Part shown: piece after piece, positions 32,801 to 40,503 of the stretch
Layout: each line of letters opens with the position of its first letter
Numbering within the stretch: the stretch's first letter is position 1
Origin: an uncultured virus (IMG/VR IMGVR_UViG_3300044535_000365)
Lineage: Duplodnaviria > Heunggongvirae > Uroviricota > Caudoviricetes
Virus record (IMG/VR): IMGVR_UViG_3300044535_000365
Reading direction: 5' to 3' (one strand)
Length of the DNA stretch: 64,000 nt
The notes under the pieces: generated by a model
Database searches by the model: none
Seen by the model: the letters and a program-made list of their open reading frames with translations, nothing else
Told to the model about the DNA's origin: nothing
Translations under genes and position numbers: made by a program

Positions 32801-35800
32801 GCTGGTAGTTATTTTAATAGCGAAAGTGTTTCTAGCTCGTCAATGCAATTAGAAAGTGTATTACCTCCTATCTCATCAGTATTAGCAAGTGCTCAAGGTG
32901 TTGCGTTTGAAATCACAGATGTTGACAATGATAGACAGCTAACTTGGTCTTCATTAGAACGTAACGTAGGCAACACGATATTAGCTACTAATGCAATTAG
33001 ATTGATACCTCTAGATGATGGTTCTGCTAATCCAAATGCTTCAGGATCAACAATAGGTTTCTATGAAGGCATGCCTGTTAAGTTTGTTGGTGCGGTTGCT
33101 GGTGGATTACAAGAAAATATTACTTATTATGTTAAAACAATTATTAATGATACAGACTTTACTGTATCATTAACCGAAGGTGGCGGCACAGTAACTTTAA
33201 CTAACGCAACTATTCCTGCAGCTGGATTAAAATGTTTAGCAGGCGAAGTAGTAGATACTGCTGTATTAACTGTTAACTATCCCGGCATACTTGAAGTAAC
33301 AGCTACCCAAGCAGGTACTAATGCGTTAACTGTTCCTATGAGTTTAATAGGTACAGGAGGAACTGAAGGATTTTATACTAACTTGCCTGTATTCTTTACT
33401 AAGTATAGTGTAACTGAGCCTGTGTTTGGTGGGGTAATTGAAAATGACGTATATTACATAACAACTGTTATTAATAGTCAAACGTTTACTATTTCAGAAA
33501 CACAAGATCCATTATCAACTACTGCAACTGCAACCACTGCATCTAATAATAGAGTAACTGTTTCTTCAACTGATGATTTTAGTGTTAACGATCCTATTAT
33601 ATTTACTGGAACTACATTTGGTAACATTATTGCCGGCACAACATATTATGTAAGTGAAATAGTTAACACAACACAAATGACTATTTCTACTTTGATTAAC
33701 GGTGGTGTGTTTGTATTATCTAACGGTGCAGGTAGTATGCTGTTAACCAGTCAAGCTAACACATTAACATTGTCTACTGCAACCGGTTCTATGACAATGA
33801 ATGTATCTTTACCAGTAAGCCCTGGACAAGTAAATGGTCAGCTGTTTACTTTGTATAGTACGTCTGAACAATATCCAAACGTTTCTGGAACAAACAGTTC
33901 GTTAATTGAAAGAACAATGACGGCTACAATAGCTACTTTAGATAGAATTACTATTGACTCATCTACTGGAAACACCGACGATTTTTATGTTAATATGCCA
34001 GTACAATTTGATACTACTATAGGCGGACTAACAGCAGCAACTACATATTACATAACTGATTACGGTATAGTAGAAATAGATGCTATTAGTACATCATCAA
34101 GTAATTTAATAACCTGTGATACTACTGAGTCATTATATGTAGGCATGCCTATCATATTCTCAGGTCAAGGACTAGGTGGTATTACAATAGGAGTAGAATA
34201 TTTTGTAGAAAGTATCAATATTGATGGAATTAGATTCACTATATCTGATACTGACGGAGGAAGTGTAAAAATACTTACAAATGATTCAGGATCAATGTTA
34301 GGAACTGGAGAAGAGTATATAACAGTATCCGCTAGTAGCGGTGGATCCGATGTAACTTTATCTAACACAGTAAGTGATTTTGATATGACTCAAGAAATCA
34401 TAATTGATGCAATATTTGATGTAAGCTATATATTAGGCGGATATAGAGCATTAGTAAGTACAGCAGGAGAAGGTTACGCGGTTAATAACACTATCGTTAT
34501 ACCGGGTGCTGATATCGGCGGAGCAACACCTGCTAATAATTTAACTTTAACGGTAAACACTATAGATGAGACTGACGGAGGAATCATTGATGTAATTTGT
34601 TCAGGTATAGTAGCAGGAACATCTGATCAATATTACTTAAAAGTAATATCTCCAAATCAGTTTGAAGTTTACTCTAATCCTTTAATGACTGTACCGGTAA
34701 CCGGAATTGGATTTGATTTTGTAGGATTCACTACTACAACTGCAACAAACATTACAGCATCAAATGATAGAGTAACGGTTACAAGTTCAGCTAACTTTAG
34801 CGTAAATGATCCTGTTGTATTTACGGGCACTATTTTCTCATCACAAATTACATTAGGACAAACATATTACATCGTTGATAAGCCAACAGCAACTACTGTA
34901 AGACTGACTACTGAACCCGGCGGATCAGTTATTAACTTTACTACTGATACTACCGGCTCAATGTCAATGACTAAAGCAGGCAGTTTTGCATTATTGCCGG
35001 AACCATTCTACTTTAATCAGTCTATTGTTAAATTTAACAACAGAGTATATGTGTGTGTTGTAAGTAATAATGATGACGACTTTATATTTGGTAAGTGGGA
35101 ATTACTAGATTCAGGTGACCGCAGACTTAACGCTATGGACCGAGTAGTAGGATATTATCAGCCTACTGTGAATATGCCGGGTGTTGACTTAACTCAGTTG
35201 TTTGAGGGAGTTACTTATCCTAATAGTACATATTTAGGCAATCCTTTTGCTCCTGCCCAGCAGTACGAACTAGATACTATTTTACAGACACAAGCGTTTT
35301 ATCCAACTGATATTGATGTTGCGTCTGTAGTTTGGAACGGTACTAATTATTTGGCTGCTGCTAGTGCACCAAACTATTCTGCGGTGTTAGGCAGCGAAAC
35401 CGGCGAATCTTGGGCAGTTGCTAAACTTACTAATGCGGGTATAGGATTAACTGATATCATACAAGCTAATAACATATATGTTATGTCTTCCACTAACTCG
35501 GCTACTCCTATACTTAGAAGTAACGACGGGATAGTGTGGACTACAACAGGCACTGTTACAAGTGAAATAGGCCCTCAACCAATAAGCATTGCTGCGCTAT
35601 CATTACAGTCAGTAGCTTACAGAAACAATCTTTTCGTTGCAGTAGGAGAAGGTATTGTTTCAAGTAGCGACACTTACGATTGGACTCAACGATTAGCGTT
35701 TACTGAGTATGATAATACACTATACGGAGTTAGTGCAGTAAACGTTGCTGCATTTACTGGATTTGTTGCAGTAGGTAAAGGTGAAGTACCTGAATATTCT

Positions 35801-38800
35801 ACTGGGTTAACTCAAATAGTAGATACTAATTTAATATACTACAGCGCAAACGGAATAAATTGGACCGGTGTAAACTTTATCCCATCAGCTGGTGTAAACA
35901 CAAGCACACCTAATGGATTTAATGGCGTTGCCGCTAACGGAAACAATATCGTAGCAGTTGGTGAAAATGGTGTTATATATTACAGCGAAAACGGTGCAAG
36001 TTGGTTGGGCGTAAATGAAGTAACAGTACTAAGTGTAAACTCTGCTACTGAACAATTAATTTTAACTAACACTGCTGGATTTGCTGTAAACGATGTGATT
36101 AGATTCACTGATAGTTTTAGTTCTATTACTGCTGGAATTAGTTATTATATAAAAACTATCGTATCTTCAACTCAAGTTGAAATATCTACAAGCTTAGGCG
36201 GCACAGTTCTAAATCTTACTGATGGAAGCATTCCGTTTAGAACTAGAATGTATTCATATCCTACTACTGCAACACTGAATGATGTAGTATACGGTGATGG
36301 AGTGTTTATTGCGGTAGGTGACACAGGAACAATTAGAACATCTACTAATGCAATTACTTGGACTACGGTTGCCTCAGGTACTACAGAAAAATTAAAAGGA
36401 ATTTCTCATAAAGAAACCGGTTCGTTTATTGCAGTAGGAGAAAATGACACTGTATTGTTAACTGATGATTATGGTGTTACTTGGACAGTATCAACACTGT
36501 TTGTGGTAGCTCCTCCAATCTATGATATTCAAGGTGATGCATTTACAGCAGGTTACGCTCCTGAAGAATTGGTTGCAGGTATGGTAACTGACAATCTTGC
36601 AATGACAGTAAACACACGTCCTGGAACAAACTGGCCTGCTACTGAATATGCTCACACTGGTTATAATATAGTATCTTTAGAACTAAATCCAGTATCGTCA
36701 ACTCAAACAGTGTATAGCTTTGATGGTGCTGCTCAGTACCCAACTGAAATATTTGTAGCTGTGATCAATGGTACTACTGGATTGTCTACTACGATTTATG
36801 AAGGTACTGATTATGCAATTGACTGGATAAACAATATAATTACATTAACTACATCTATCGCATTTACCCCTGTTAGTGATACTCTACGAATTGATGTATA
36901 CGAAACAGGTAACGGTGATCAACTAGTTAAATCTAATTCTAAGACTGATCCTATCAGACTTAATACTGATACTGGCTTTAATGAAATTTATCTAAACTGC
37001 AATTATTCAGGTGTTATATATTCTGGCAGTGGTGTAATACGCCCTGAAACATATTCAGTAGAAGTATTTGCTACTGCTACTGAATCCGTGACTAACAGAA
37101 TATTGTGTGACAGTGTTCAACAGTTTGTTATAAATGAACCTATTAGATTCCAAGGAGTAGTATTTGGCAATATTGTAGAAGATCAGCAGTATTATGTAAA
37201 ATCTATTAGTCCCGCAACTAATACTATTACTATTTCTGATAGCATTAACGGAATAACCGGAGTTGCAGGTTCTATATATGTGTTAACTGATGCTACTGGA
37301 TTAATGTTAGTAAACATTGAAATAGGTAGTGGTTTGGTTTGGACAGATCCTATTGTCACTTATAATGGAACTAAATTAGTAATAGGTAATACTAATACTG
37401 CTGTTAAAACTAAGTCAAGCAACAACGCAGTGGTAACTGTATCTACAAATGGATTAATAGCTAACTCTCCCGTAACGTTTGGTGAGGGTATATTTACAGG
37501 AAGCAATATTGATCCTCTTACTACATACTATATAAAAACTATCATAGATAGCAACGAGTTTACTATTTCTGAAACACCAAGCGGTTCTGTAAAAGTATTG
37601 GGTAATGCAAGTGGTAGATCAATGTACATAACAAACGACTATGCTATAGGATTAGCAAGCAATGGAATTTCAGCTAAATTAGTATTTGCTGCTCCGTACG
37701 ACAACTCTACTGATTATCTGTCATATACAATATTTGGAGAAACATTCCCGGCACAATATGGATACACGCTACCAGAAACACAAATACTTTCTGGAGATGG
37801 TATAGAAGATACATTTGCGCTAAACAACTTTGTAGGCGGTGATAATCCTGGTAATGCTATTGTAGAAGTTGACGGTATTAGATTGTCACCATTAGGTGAT
37901 TATACTATAGATCCTGCTTTAGATGAAATTATATTTAACTCAGCACCTACTAATGGTAGTACTATAGCAGTTACTACGTTTAATGATACTCAACAGCAGT
38001 ATTTGAATACTCAGGTTATAGGTGACGGAATCTCAACTGCACCGGTAGTAAACGCTATTCAAAGTATATCTAATGAAATAACATTACCACTAGCTGTTAC
38101 TCGTGCTACTGCTACTACTGCGGGCGTACCTAATGAAATAACAGTAGACAGCACTTCAGGATTTGTACTCAACGCTACTGTAGAATTTAAAGGTATTTCG
38201 TTTGGCGGGATAGCAACTGACGGAACTGTGTACTTTGTTGATAGTATTGTAAGTAGCACTGTGTTTACTATCAAAAACGAAAACGGAACTCAAATAGTAA
38301 CCACACTAGGTACAGGTACTATACAAGTTACAGTAGGCGGAAAACCTGCTGTTAGAGTAACAACTGCTGCGGCTAACGGACTAAGTGAAAATGACTTAGT
38401 AAGAATAGATGGTACGTTAGGATCAATCCAACTTAATAACAATACTTACTATGCTAAGATAATTGATTCAACAACATTTGATTTATACGAATCAGGGATT
38501 CCAGGATATGCAGGTTATAATCCTGCATTCGGTGCTGTAAACTACCCGATTACTACTATTTCTTCTTATACAGGTGAAGGATATGTTTGGTTAGTAGATT
38601 CTTATTACTTAGTAACTCAAATTGCTACCGCTACAACTACATCAACTAACTTGATTACAGTAACTTCTACTAGTCAGTTAGTAGTAAATACGCCGGTAAT
38701 ATTTACCGGTTCTGTACTAGGTGGTTTAGTAGCGGGAACAACATACTATATACGTGCGATAGTTAGTGCAACACAGTTTACTGTTTCTGCTACACGAGGT

Positions 38801-39679
38801 GGAAGTTCAGTAGCTCTTAGTAATGATTCAGGGTCAATGAATGTAACTCAGTGGGAACACGTAAATACTGATCGTTTATGGGTAACAGTAAATGGTGAAC
38901 GTGTACCTTCTACTAGCCTGAGATTAAATGCTGATAATAATTTAAGTATATTAACTTCTATAGATTCAAGTGACGTAGTAATCATAACAAGTATGATGCC
39001 ATATGCTACTCCTGATGAAGAAATATATTTGAACTTTGTTGATACTATTAATGAAGCAAGTGTGTACAGAGCAAATACCGGTACTAGAACTTGGTTAACA
39101 CAACCTATCTATGACTTGAGTACTGTAATTTATGTAGATGACGTTACTCGCTTAACCAATACTATTGTTCAGTCAGTGACCACTCCTGCAGCAGTTTCTG
39201 GTAATTACAACTTTGGGTTAACAGCAGATAAGAGATTAATTACTAACGTTACAGTATACAACAATAGCACAAACGAGTTTATTTCTAGCGATAATTACCG
39301 AGTTGTGATAGAAGAGTTATCACCGATATTAAAAATAACAGCAGGTAGTTACATTAATGTAGGAAATCAATTAACAATTACTACTTTAGAAGGTAATTTG
39401 ATTTATGTAAACGGTGAGCAAATCAGATTTGGATCAGTAGATTTAACTAACAACACATTAAGTAACTTAGAACGAGGAGTTAATGGAACAGGAAAGCAAT
39501 CACTGATACTAACTTATACTGAAGTTTTTGGGTTATTATCAAAGAATAGACTGTCAGATGTTTATTATAACCAAACTTGGAACCCAATAGATGACGCAAT
39601 ATTTAATACAGTCGACGGTGATCCATTACAGATAAGTGAAACTGTGTCTGCTGAATTCTTAAATACGGATATTTTATAA
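20882..39679 (+). CDS. Giant (6265 aa) baseplate wedge / receptor-binding structural protein
   Basis: Single 18.8 kb ORF following gp6. About 15 copies of a G-x-TYY(V/I)...FTIS beta module, FG-GAP-like blades (~28.0-30.1 kb) and Asp-box-like S-x-D/N-G-x-x-W blades (~35.3-36.5 kb). Confidence 0.75.
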   Translation: MTRIRTLNFLPEIFQTKTNTEFLSATLDQLVNPPITKKIQGYIGSKVGYGVNANDYYVTEPNKTRTDYQLDPGVVFTKTNQSTAQDFISYPGILDALELQGGITNNNSRLFESQIYSWDSFTDFDKIVNYNQYYWIPTGPPAVTVSSALVYSTNDYIVTDLANGYNIRELGASAGSTNPTITLLRGGSYRFTVNQPSQFWIQGEPGVSGFSPTQPNLPVRDVYGVSNNGATQGVVTFTVPSKDAQDEFIFPGNNLVDVISTLPFEDVNGAPLSALGSIDSITSLNNLRVMFYDTGVVNEIGYISAYYDETSFDTNDNALVAPLVVTIGSSNSSTDRFTLSTGNTSQLVVNNTITFNNPVFGGVTAGTIYYIKSVDSSTEFTISDTLGGATFPLTTDSGTMTANANQGLYEEGFYTTVSENFYRITYVVDPSDPTNPIIRLIPDGLIPTEQKITATYGSTWIDRQFYRNTLGVVSLVPYITAPLDQLYYQDGTSANKVGIIRIIENNTTNTINVETDILGKKNYTSTNGVVFTNGLKVEFDGDVIPSRYLSGQYYVEGVGSAIELISVETLVSPEDFTTSTFVPFDTTPFDLSNFDSDLFIPTDLDYITIARNAINKNAWSRSNRWFHSQVINQTAIYNNNPSIVTEFAKAENKARRPIIEFYPNLGLFNSGTRGKDAVDFIDQRTTDALSQIAGLNNYFPDVEVYTENTVSIASVVGTSTTITIPTADIVGTFQVGQYISDYLDILPNNTQITNITIAGNNTVLTVSWAVSQSVGSATSVAVIATDTTVNNYSIFSGARIIFAADTDVNVRNKIYVVALSQLSPSSVPVITLTEAQDGLCEENDQAVITRGYNNQGNTYYFSNDNWITAQEKVTVNQAPLFDVFDENGISFSDPTIYQGTSFAGCTLFSYGIGSGTDDPILGFPIRYSAIDNVGDISFDVSLNTDTFDYVTGTTPITQKVNTGYVFNYDDRTEYTRELGWQTAVAPSAQYQVFQFTYLKDNPSTTFVCDIAAISEVEGQDSWTSVQVYINNACQCVSEYSYTITANSTIIELLDVSELDSDTPIEVLILSNQVSNQAYYTIPVNLSNNPFNQDLETVNVGDIRLQYRDIYVNAPGMLGQVFGSNNYRDLGNLVPYGTNIIQNSASLVLPGTFLRKTNHNLFDALQFNSNEYTKFKNLLVDTINNAEYVQRYTPSEILDQAIDIITAAKSESQAFFWSDMLPAKSPLRSNTYTFANNLDTSIYPLTTTYNFATANYNGVIVYLSRIISSVTIQKQLIINQDYVISQDAPSLTVTLDLIAGDKITIKEYNQTYGSYVPNTPTKLGLYPAYTPQVVLDTAYTQPTYFIKGHDGSYNKLYGSYNTNLGVLEDFRDQGLLEFETRIYNNLKLSSTVPIQTYEVLPGFFRDTDYTYSEFLQMYSESFLNWVGQNRLNYKTQVFSKVNEFTYNYTNAANKLTNTPIEQGYWRGVYQYFYDTTTPNATPWEMLGFTDQPTWWTERYGPAPYTSDNLILWNDLEQGVIWNDGVPITVETVARPGLTNIIPVDSAGNLVSPFVAIVGNYNPNTFQRDWKVGDDAPVELSYRRSSAYPFDLMRIFALMKPANFFNLGVDVDNYKYNLEFNQYLVNNRSHLVISDVEIYGSGTAKTSYINWIVDYEKQIGINATENITNLLDNLDVRLIYRLAGYSDKNLLKFYVEKGTPNSRNASLLIPDESYSLLLYDNQPFDRIVYSGVVIQITQDGYTVFGNSQTNAYFKVLKPVNNGKYNNIQVEDAQVKVAVDYTANELLIPYGAKFYSEQEVAQFLSSYGAYLTSQGMIFNDVLGGIEVNWDQMISEFLYWSQTGWEVGSILLLNPSAQTLKIDKESSIVQPLTVQNTNFVLNQNLYPIQAKDLSVFRNGTEFSVTALNQGDTVSYGQFNLSNFEHAVVFDNTTLFNDTIYNLITGLRQNRIYVRGTKTAEWNGTITASGFILNQDNIKEWSRAVKYTKGSIVLYKNKYWTALKVIEPSNIFNERDWKETDYDQIQKGLLPNSSTRSYESALYYDTNKANLENDADLLGFSLIGYRPRDYMALVDLTDITQINVYQNLIKNKGTRNAIEAFRGATLPQGGIEYEVYENWAIKSGEFGGLLNKNFVDFKINEQYLTGNPSIVSLTNGVYTPGSQQEVPIYSLFNYARPIDSPNILSTIDPSTPTQVYPDAGYVNFDDVKMSSYFYSGLPVARDKNNEPVLINDFYVRDYAWLANYLGNWDVLAWTSVGRVIAVRSNLNNTATITFAQPHGLVRLQPLSIINYATNVDGYYIVANIVNLNEVIINLPVATEIASTGQGIGLTFQSQRVSNPASINNLPLLDTEFVKNTVWVDESTDGSWAVYRKSLNYQYNNEVTKTNSTTFGSAVAYTDQAGYLISDASAGEVYRYAQDSANNYFIVETLTGGTSFGSKIVYAGNTYVISEPTTASEVHVYVINDSQLSDDFVLYQTIAAPGGVTDWGSELAISGDQNWLYISDIANDKVHVYQKQNILLNAGYFVSGQTYVITDLGTTDFTLIGAIESKVGITFVATGVGTGTGAATQITYKASTIINGVALSLVSSTDKFSKSITTNYYGDVMVVGAPDKDYDGNIANWGSAFAFSRAVQNIEVQFNTIGQTFQLAWTPITVSRTVSATNATGNLITLNSVSGIAVNDPIIFSGTGLLGTGIQGNSVYYIRSIAGSDITIKTSRSSITPEAISTVGSVSNVTATVQTSPLYVSRNGVIVQDNNYGVIGSTFVYSGTLTAGDIITVSDSKFTYAQTFTSNYNNRVGTQFGYSLDTIQSGSEILIGSPFEISDENQEGAVYRFTNAGAKFGLVTGVNECNVTAVRPLLINGYFVNVPIGNATVVANAINSANITNIQAAATVDNKLMIQVINTDLTQVNQKLIITAVDTTTLTELGIEIYTNTQVINCPHEFGPTQFGSVVQFNEYDSVVISAPVATRYEGTTFDFIDDEDFTNDTIFDNNATQFIDTAPNAGAVYMFDYISNYNENLTNIGEFVYAQSVNSKDIVYGFNPLYGTALDFNSNVVMIGTPNFLPDSVDGQVTIYENESGIKDWSIYRNSAPIVNIDSIQNAQLFSAETNNTLINLDYIDPLQGKLLGSVRQNINYVTSIDPANYNSDEIFDPQSGLIWGPEKVGKVWFDTTNVRFVNYHQNDLVYNSKYWGTVFPGSDVAVYTWVVSNVSPRDYQGPGTPKDSTRYTVSSIIDSSNIVTPVYYFWVRNSNIIFREEGKTLSDTILESYISNPKNSGIAFFAPLRDNSFALYNCAEYINANDSVFHIGYANGTNDDEAHSEYTLIKEDFADDFLPGLPKLGSNAEPIGLYDRLLDSLAGVDEEGSVVPNPYLPKAVQSGVLARPRQSFFYNRYLALKNYLTYANEVLAQYPISEIRPDISLLFAQGEFYNTPDYWQYINWWTTGYDNNTKSAIQVPLYADLSTLSVATDTIVTVENNGSGKFEVYRYDGNSIWTRIGLENGTIEFNLTLWDYAEARLGFGDNFFDTSSYDEYPSEETRYIIRALNEQIYIDELLLFRNKGLILLFDYIQSESTESQNYLPWLNKTSLVDVAHTIRELKPIEVFQTDNQDFLAGYINEVKPYHVVVKEFVFKYTGIDTFDGNITDFDLPAQYDKSVNQFITPSLVYSNPNQDNEYVDTDDIWQTAPYTQWFQNKGVSLTGESNYEITTLVSYMTLGSSFMFVDNAQGFPINGTIRIGNEEIAYSSVDRALNLVSGLQRGLNGTAISQHFPNEKIFIDLPEVIVLNGGKGYVDPPRVTAYVDLDLYPAPTTEAVFEAVMSLDSVLSINVIDPGQGYMVLPEIRIDPSVVISFTNADINSTLHTIRVYGPNLATGDLVLFKQSDAGVGRLANNQWYYINVLETTPTAIVAFYSNYSDAINDTNRIQISDIGTDDQLTISLGAKASAITSASPIRENNITLRFDRTTYTSQVQDWRAGTYYGSFFAGSYFNSESVSSSSMQLESVLPPISSVLASAQGVAFEITDVDNDRQLTWSSLERNVGNTILATNAIRLIPLDDGSANPNASGSTIGFYEGMPVKFVGAVAGGLQENITYYVKTIINDTDFTVSLTEGGGTVTLTNATIPAAGLKCLAGEVVDTAVLTVNYPGILEVTATQAGTNALTVPMSLIGTGGTEGFYTNLPVFFTKYSVTEPVFGGVIENDVYYITTVINSQTFTISETQDPLSTTATATTASNNRVTVSSTDDFSVNDPIIFTGTTFGNIIAGTTYYVSEIVNTTQMTISTLINGGVFVLSNGAGSMLLTSQANTLTLSTATGSMTMNVSLPVSPGQVNGQLFTLYSTSEQYPNVSGTNSSLIERTMTATIATLDRITIDSSTGNTDDFYVNMPVQFDTTIGGLTAATTYYITDYGIVEIDAISTSSSNLITCDTTESLYVGMPIIFSGQGLGGITIGVEYFVESINIDGIRFTISDTDGGSVKILTNDSGSMLGTGEEYITVSASSGGSDVTLSNTVSDFDMTQEIIIDAIFDVSYILGGYRALVSTAGEGYAVNNTIVIPGADIGGATPANNLTLTVNTIDETDGGIIDVICSGIVAGTSDQYYLKVISPNQFEVYSNPLMTVPVTGIGFDFVGFTTTTATNITASNDRVTVTSSANFSVNDPVVFTGTIFSSQITLGQTYYIVDKPTATTVRLTTEPGGSVINFTTDTTGSMSMTKAGSFALLPEPFYFNQSIVKFNNRVYVCVVSNNDDDFIFGKWELLDSGDRRLNAMDRVVGYYQPTVNMPGVDLTQLFEGVTYPNSTYLGNPFAPAQQYELDTILQTQAFYPTDIDVASVVWNGTNYLAAASAPNYSAVLGSETGESWAVAKLTNAGIGLTDIIQANNIYVMSSTNSATPILRSNDGIVWTTTGTVTSEIGPQPISIAALSLQSVAYRNNLFVAVGEGIVSSSDTYDWTQRLAFTEYDNTLYGVSAVNVAAFTGFVAVGKGEVPEYSTGLTQIVDTNLIYYSANGINWTGVNFIPSAGVNTSTPNGFNGVAANGNNIVAVGENGVIYYSENGASWLGVNEVTVLSVNSATEQLILTNTAGFAVNDVIRFTDSFSSITAGISYYIKTIVSSTQVEISTSLGGTVLNLTDGSIPFRTRMYSYPTTATLNDVVYGDGVFIAVGDTGTIRTSTNAITWTTVASGTTEKLKGISHKETGSFIAVGENDTVLLTDDYGVTWTVSTLFVVAPPIYDIQGDAFTAGYAPEELVAGMVTDNLAMTVNTRPGTNWPATEYAHTGYNIVSLELNPVSSTQTVYSFDGAAQYPTEIFVAVINGTTGLSTTIYEGTDYAIDWINNIITLTTSIAFTPVSDTLRIDVYETGNGDQLVKSNSKTDPIRLNTDTGFNEIYLNCNYSGVIYSGSGVIRPETYSVEVFATATESVTNRILCDSVQQFVINEPIRFQGVVFGNIVEDQQYYVKSISPATNTITISDSINGITGVAGSIYVLTDATGLMLVNIEIGSGLVWTDPIVTYNGTKLVIGNTNTAVKTKSSNNAVVTVSTNGLIANSPVTFGEGIFTGSNIDPLTTYYIKTIIDSNEFTISETPSGSVKVLGNASGRSMYITNDYAIGLASNGISAKLVFAAPYDNSTDYLSYTIFGETFPAQYGYTLPETQILSGDGIEDTFALNNFVGGDNPGNAIVEVDGIRLSPLGDYTIDPALDEIIFNSAPTNGSTIAVTTFNDTQQQYLNTQVIGDGISTAPVVNAIQSISNEITLPLAVTRATATTAGVPNEITVDSTSGFVLNATVEFKGISFGGIATDGTVYFVDSIVSSTVFTIKNENGTQIVTTLGTGTIQVTVGGKPAVRVTTAAANGLSENDLVRIDGTLGSIQLNNNTYYAKIIDSTTFDLYESGIPGYAGYNPAFGAVNYPITTISSYTGEGYVWLVDSYYLVTQIATATTTSTNLITVTSTSQLVVNTPVIFTGSVLGGLVAGTTYYIRAIVSATQFTVSATRGGSSVALSNDSGSMNVTQWEHVNTDRLWVTVNGERVPSTSLRLNADNNLSILTSIDSSDVVIITSMMPYATPDEEIYLNFVDTINEASVYRANTGTRTWLTQPIYDLSTVIYVDDVTRLTNTIVQSVTTPAAVSGNYNFGLTADKRLITNVTVYNNSTNEFISSDNYRVVIEELSPILKITAGSYINVGNQLTITTLEGNLIYVNGEQIRFGSVDLTNNTLSNLERGVNGTGKQSLILTYTEVFGLLSKNRLSDVYYNQTWNPIDDAIFNTVDGDPLQISETVSAEFLNTDIL

Positions 39680-39693
39680 TGATAAATAAAGAC

Positions 39694-39849
39694 ATGAATG
39701 AACTTAATGAACTTGAACAATCAAATAAAAAAGAAACTGAATCTTCTAAAAAACCAAATGAAGTGGGCGGATTCTATTTTTCATCAAGTATAAAAATTTT
39801 TGATCCAAATACTAAAGAAGTTATGGTTCAGCAAAGAGGAGATAATTGA
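39694..39849 (+). CDS. 51-aa protein missing from the ORF track; resembles the N-terminus of the downstream protein
   Basis: MNELNELEQSNKKETESSKKPNEVGGFYFSSSIKIFDPNTKEVMVQQRGDN; TGATAAATA ends 5 nt before the ATG; TGATG overlap with the next gene. Confidence 0.7.
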   Translation: MNELNELEQSNKKETESSKKPNEVGGFYFSSSIKIFDPNTKEVMVQQRGDN

Positions 39850-40469
39850 TGTCTATCATTACTTTATCGTATAAAGTAGAAGGCTTTTTAAAGGTTTACG
39901 ACCCCAATAACGGGGAAGTATTTGTTGACAAACATAACGCTATTAACTACGAAACCATGTCTGAAGCTATTGCCGATACACTTAGCAGCAGAGGCTATGG
40001 AGAAATTTATCAAATGGCATTTGGTAATGGAGGGGCATCAGTAGACTCTACTGGAGTAATTACTTATTTACCTCCTAATGTTACTGGACAAAATGCAGCA
40101 CTTTATAATCAAACTTATGCAAAAATAGTAGATGATACTAGTGTGTTTAACTTAGACCCAACTAGAAATAAGATGACGGTTTTTCATACTACGGGAAAAG
40201 TTTATACAGACATTTTAGTTCAATGCTTGTTAGATTATGGTGAACCAGCCGGTCAAGCAGCGTTTGATAATAGTACACAAACTGATTCTAGTTATGTTTT
40301 TGATGAGTTGGGTTTGCTGGCTAATTACGGTACGGATAGTAATGGAGATGTTATAACTAGATTATTAACACACGTTATTTTTCACCCAGTACAAAAATCA
40401 CTAAACAGACAGATTCAGATAGATTATACGGTTCGTATACAGTCTTTGACTAATATGGTTACTATCTAA
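39849..40469 (+). CDS. Virion structural protein (baseplate/tail-fibre associated)
   Basis: MAFGNGG, YVFDELGL and LLTHVIFHPVQKSLNR motifs; ATG at 39849 preferred over TTG at 39846. Confidence 0.6.
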   Translation: MSIITLSYKVEGFLKVYDPNNGEVFVDKHNAINYETMSEAIADTLSSRGYGEIYQMAFGNGGASVDSTGVITYLPPNVTGQNAALYNQTYAKIVDDTSVFNLDPTRNKMTVFHTTGKVYTDILVQCLLDYGEPAGQAAFDNSTQTDSSYVFDELGLLANYGTDSNGDVITRLLTHVIFHPVQKSLNRQIQIDYTVRIQSLTNMVTI

Positions 40470-40503
40470 GATAAATAAAGAATAAGCGGAGTTATATAAG
40501 ATT

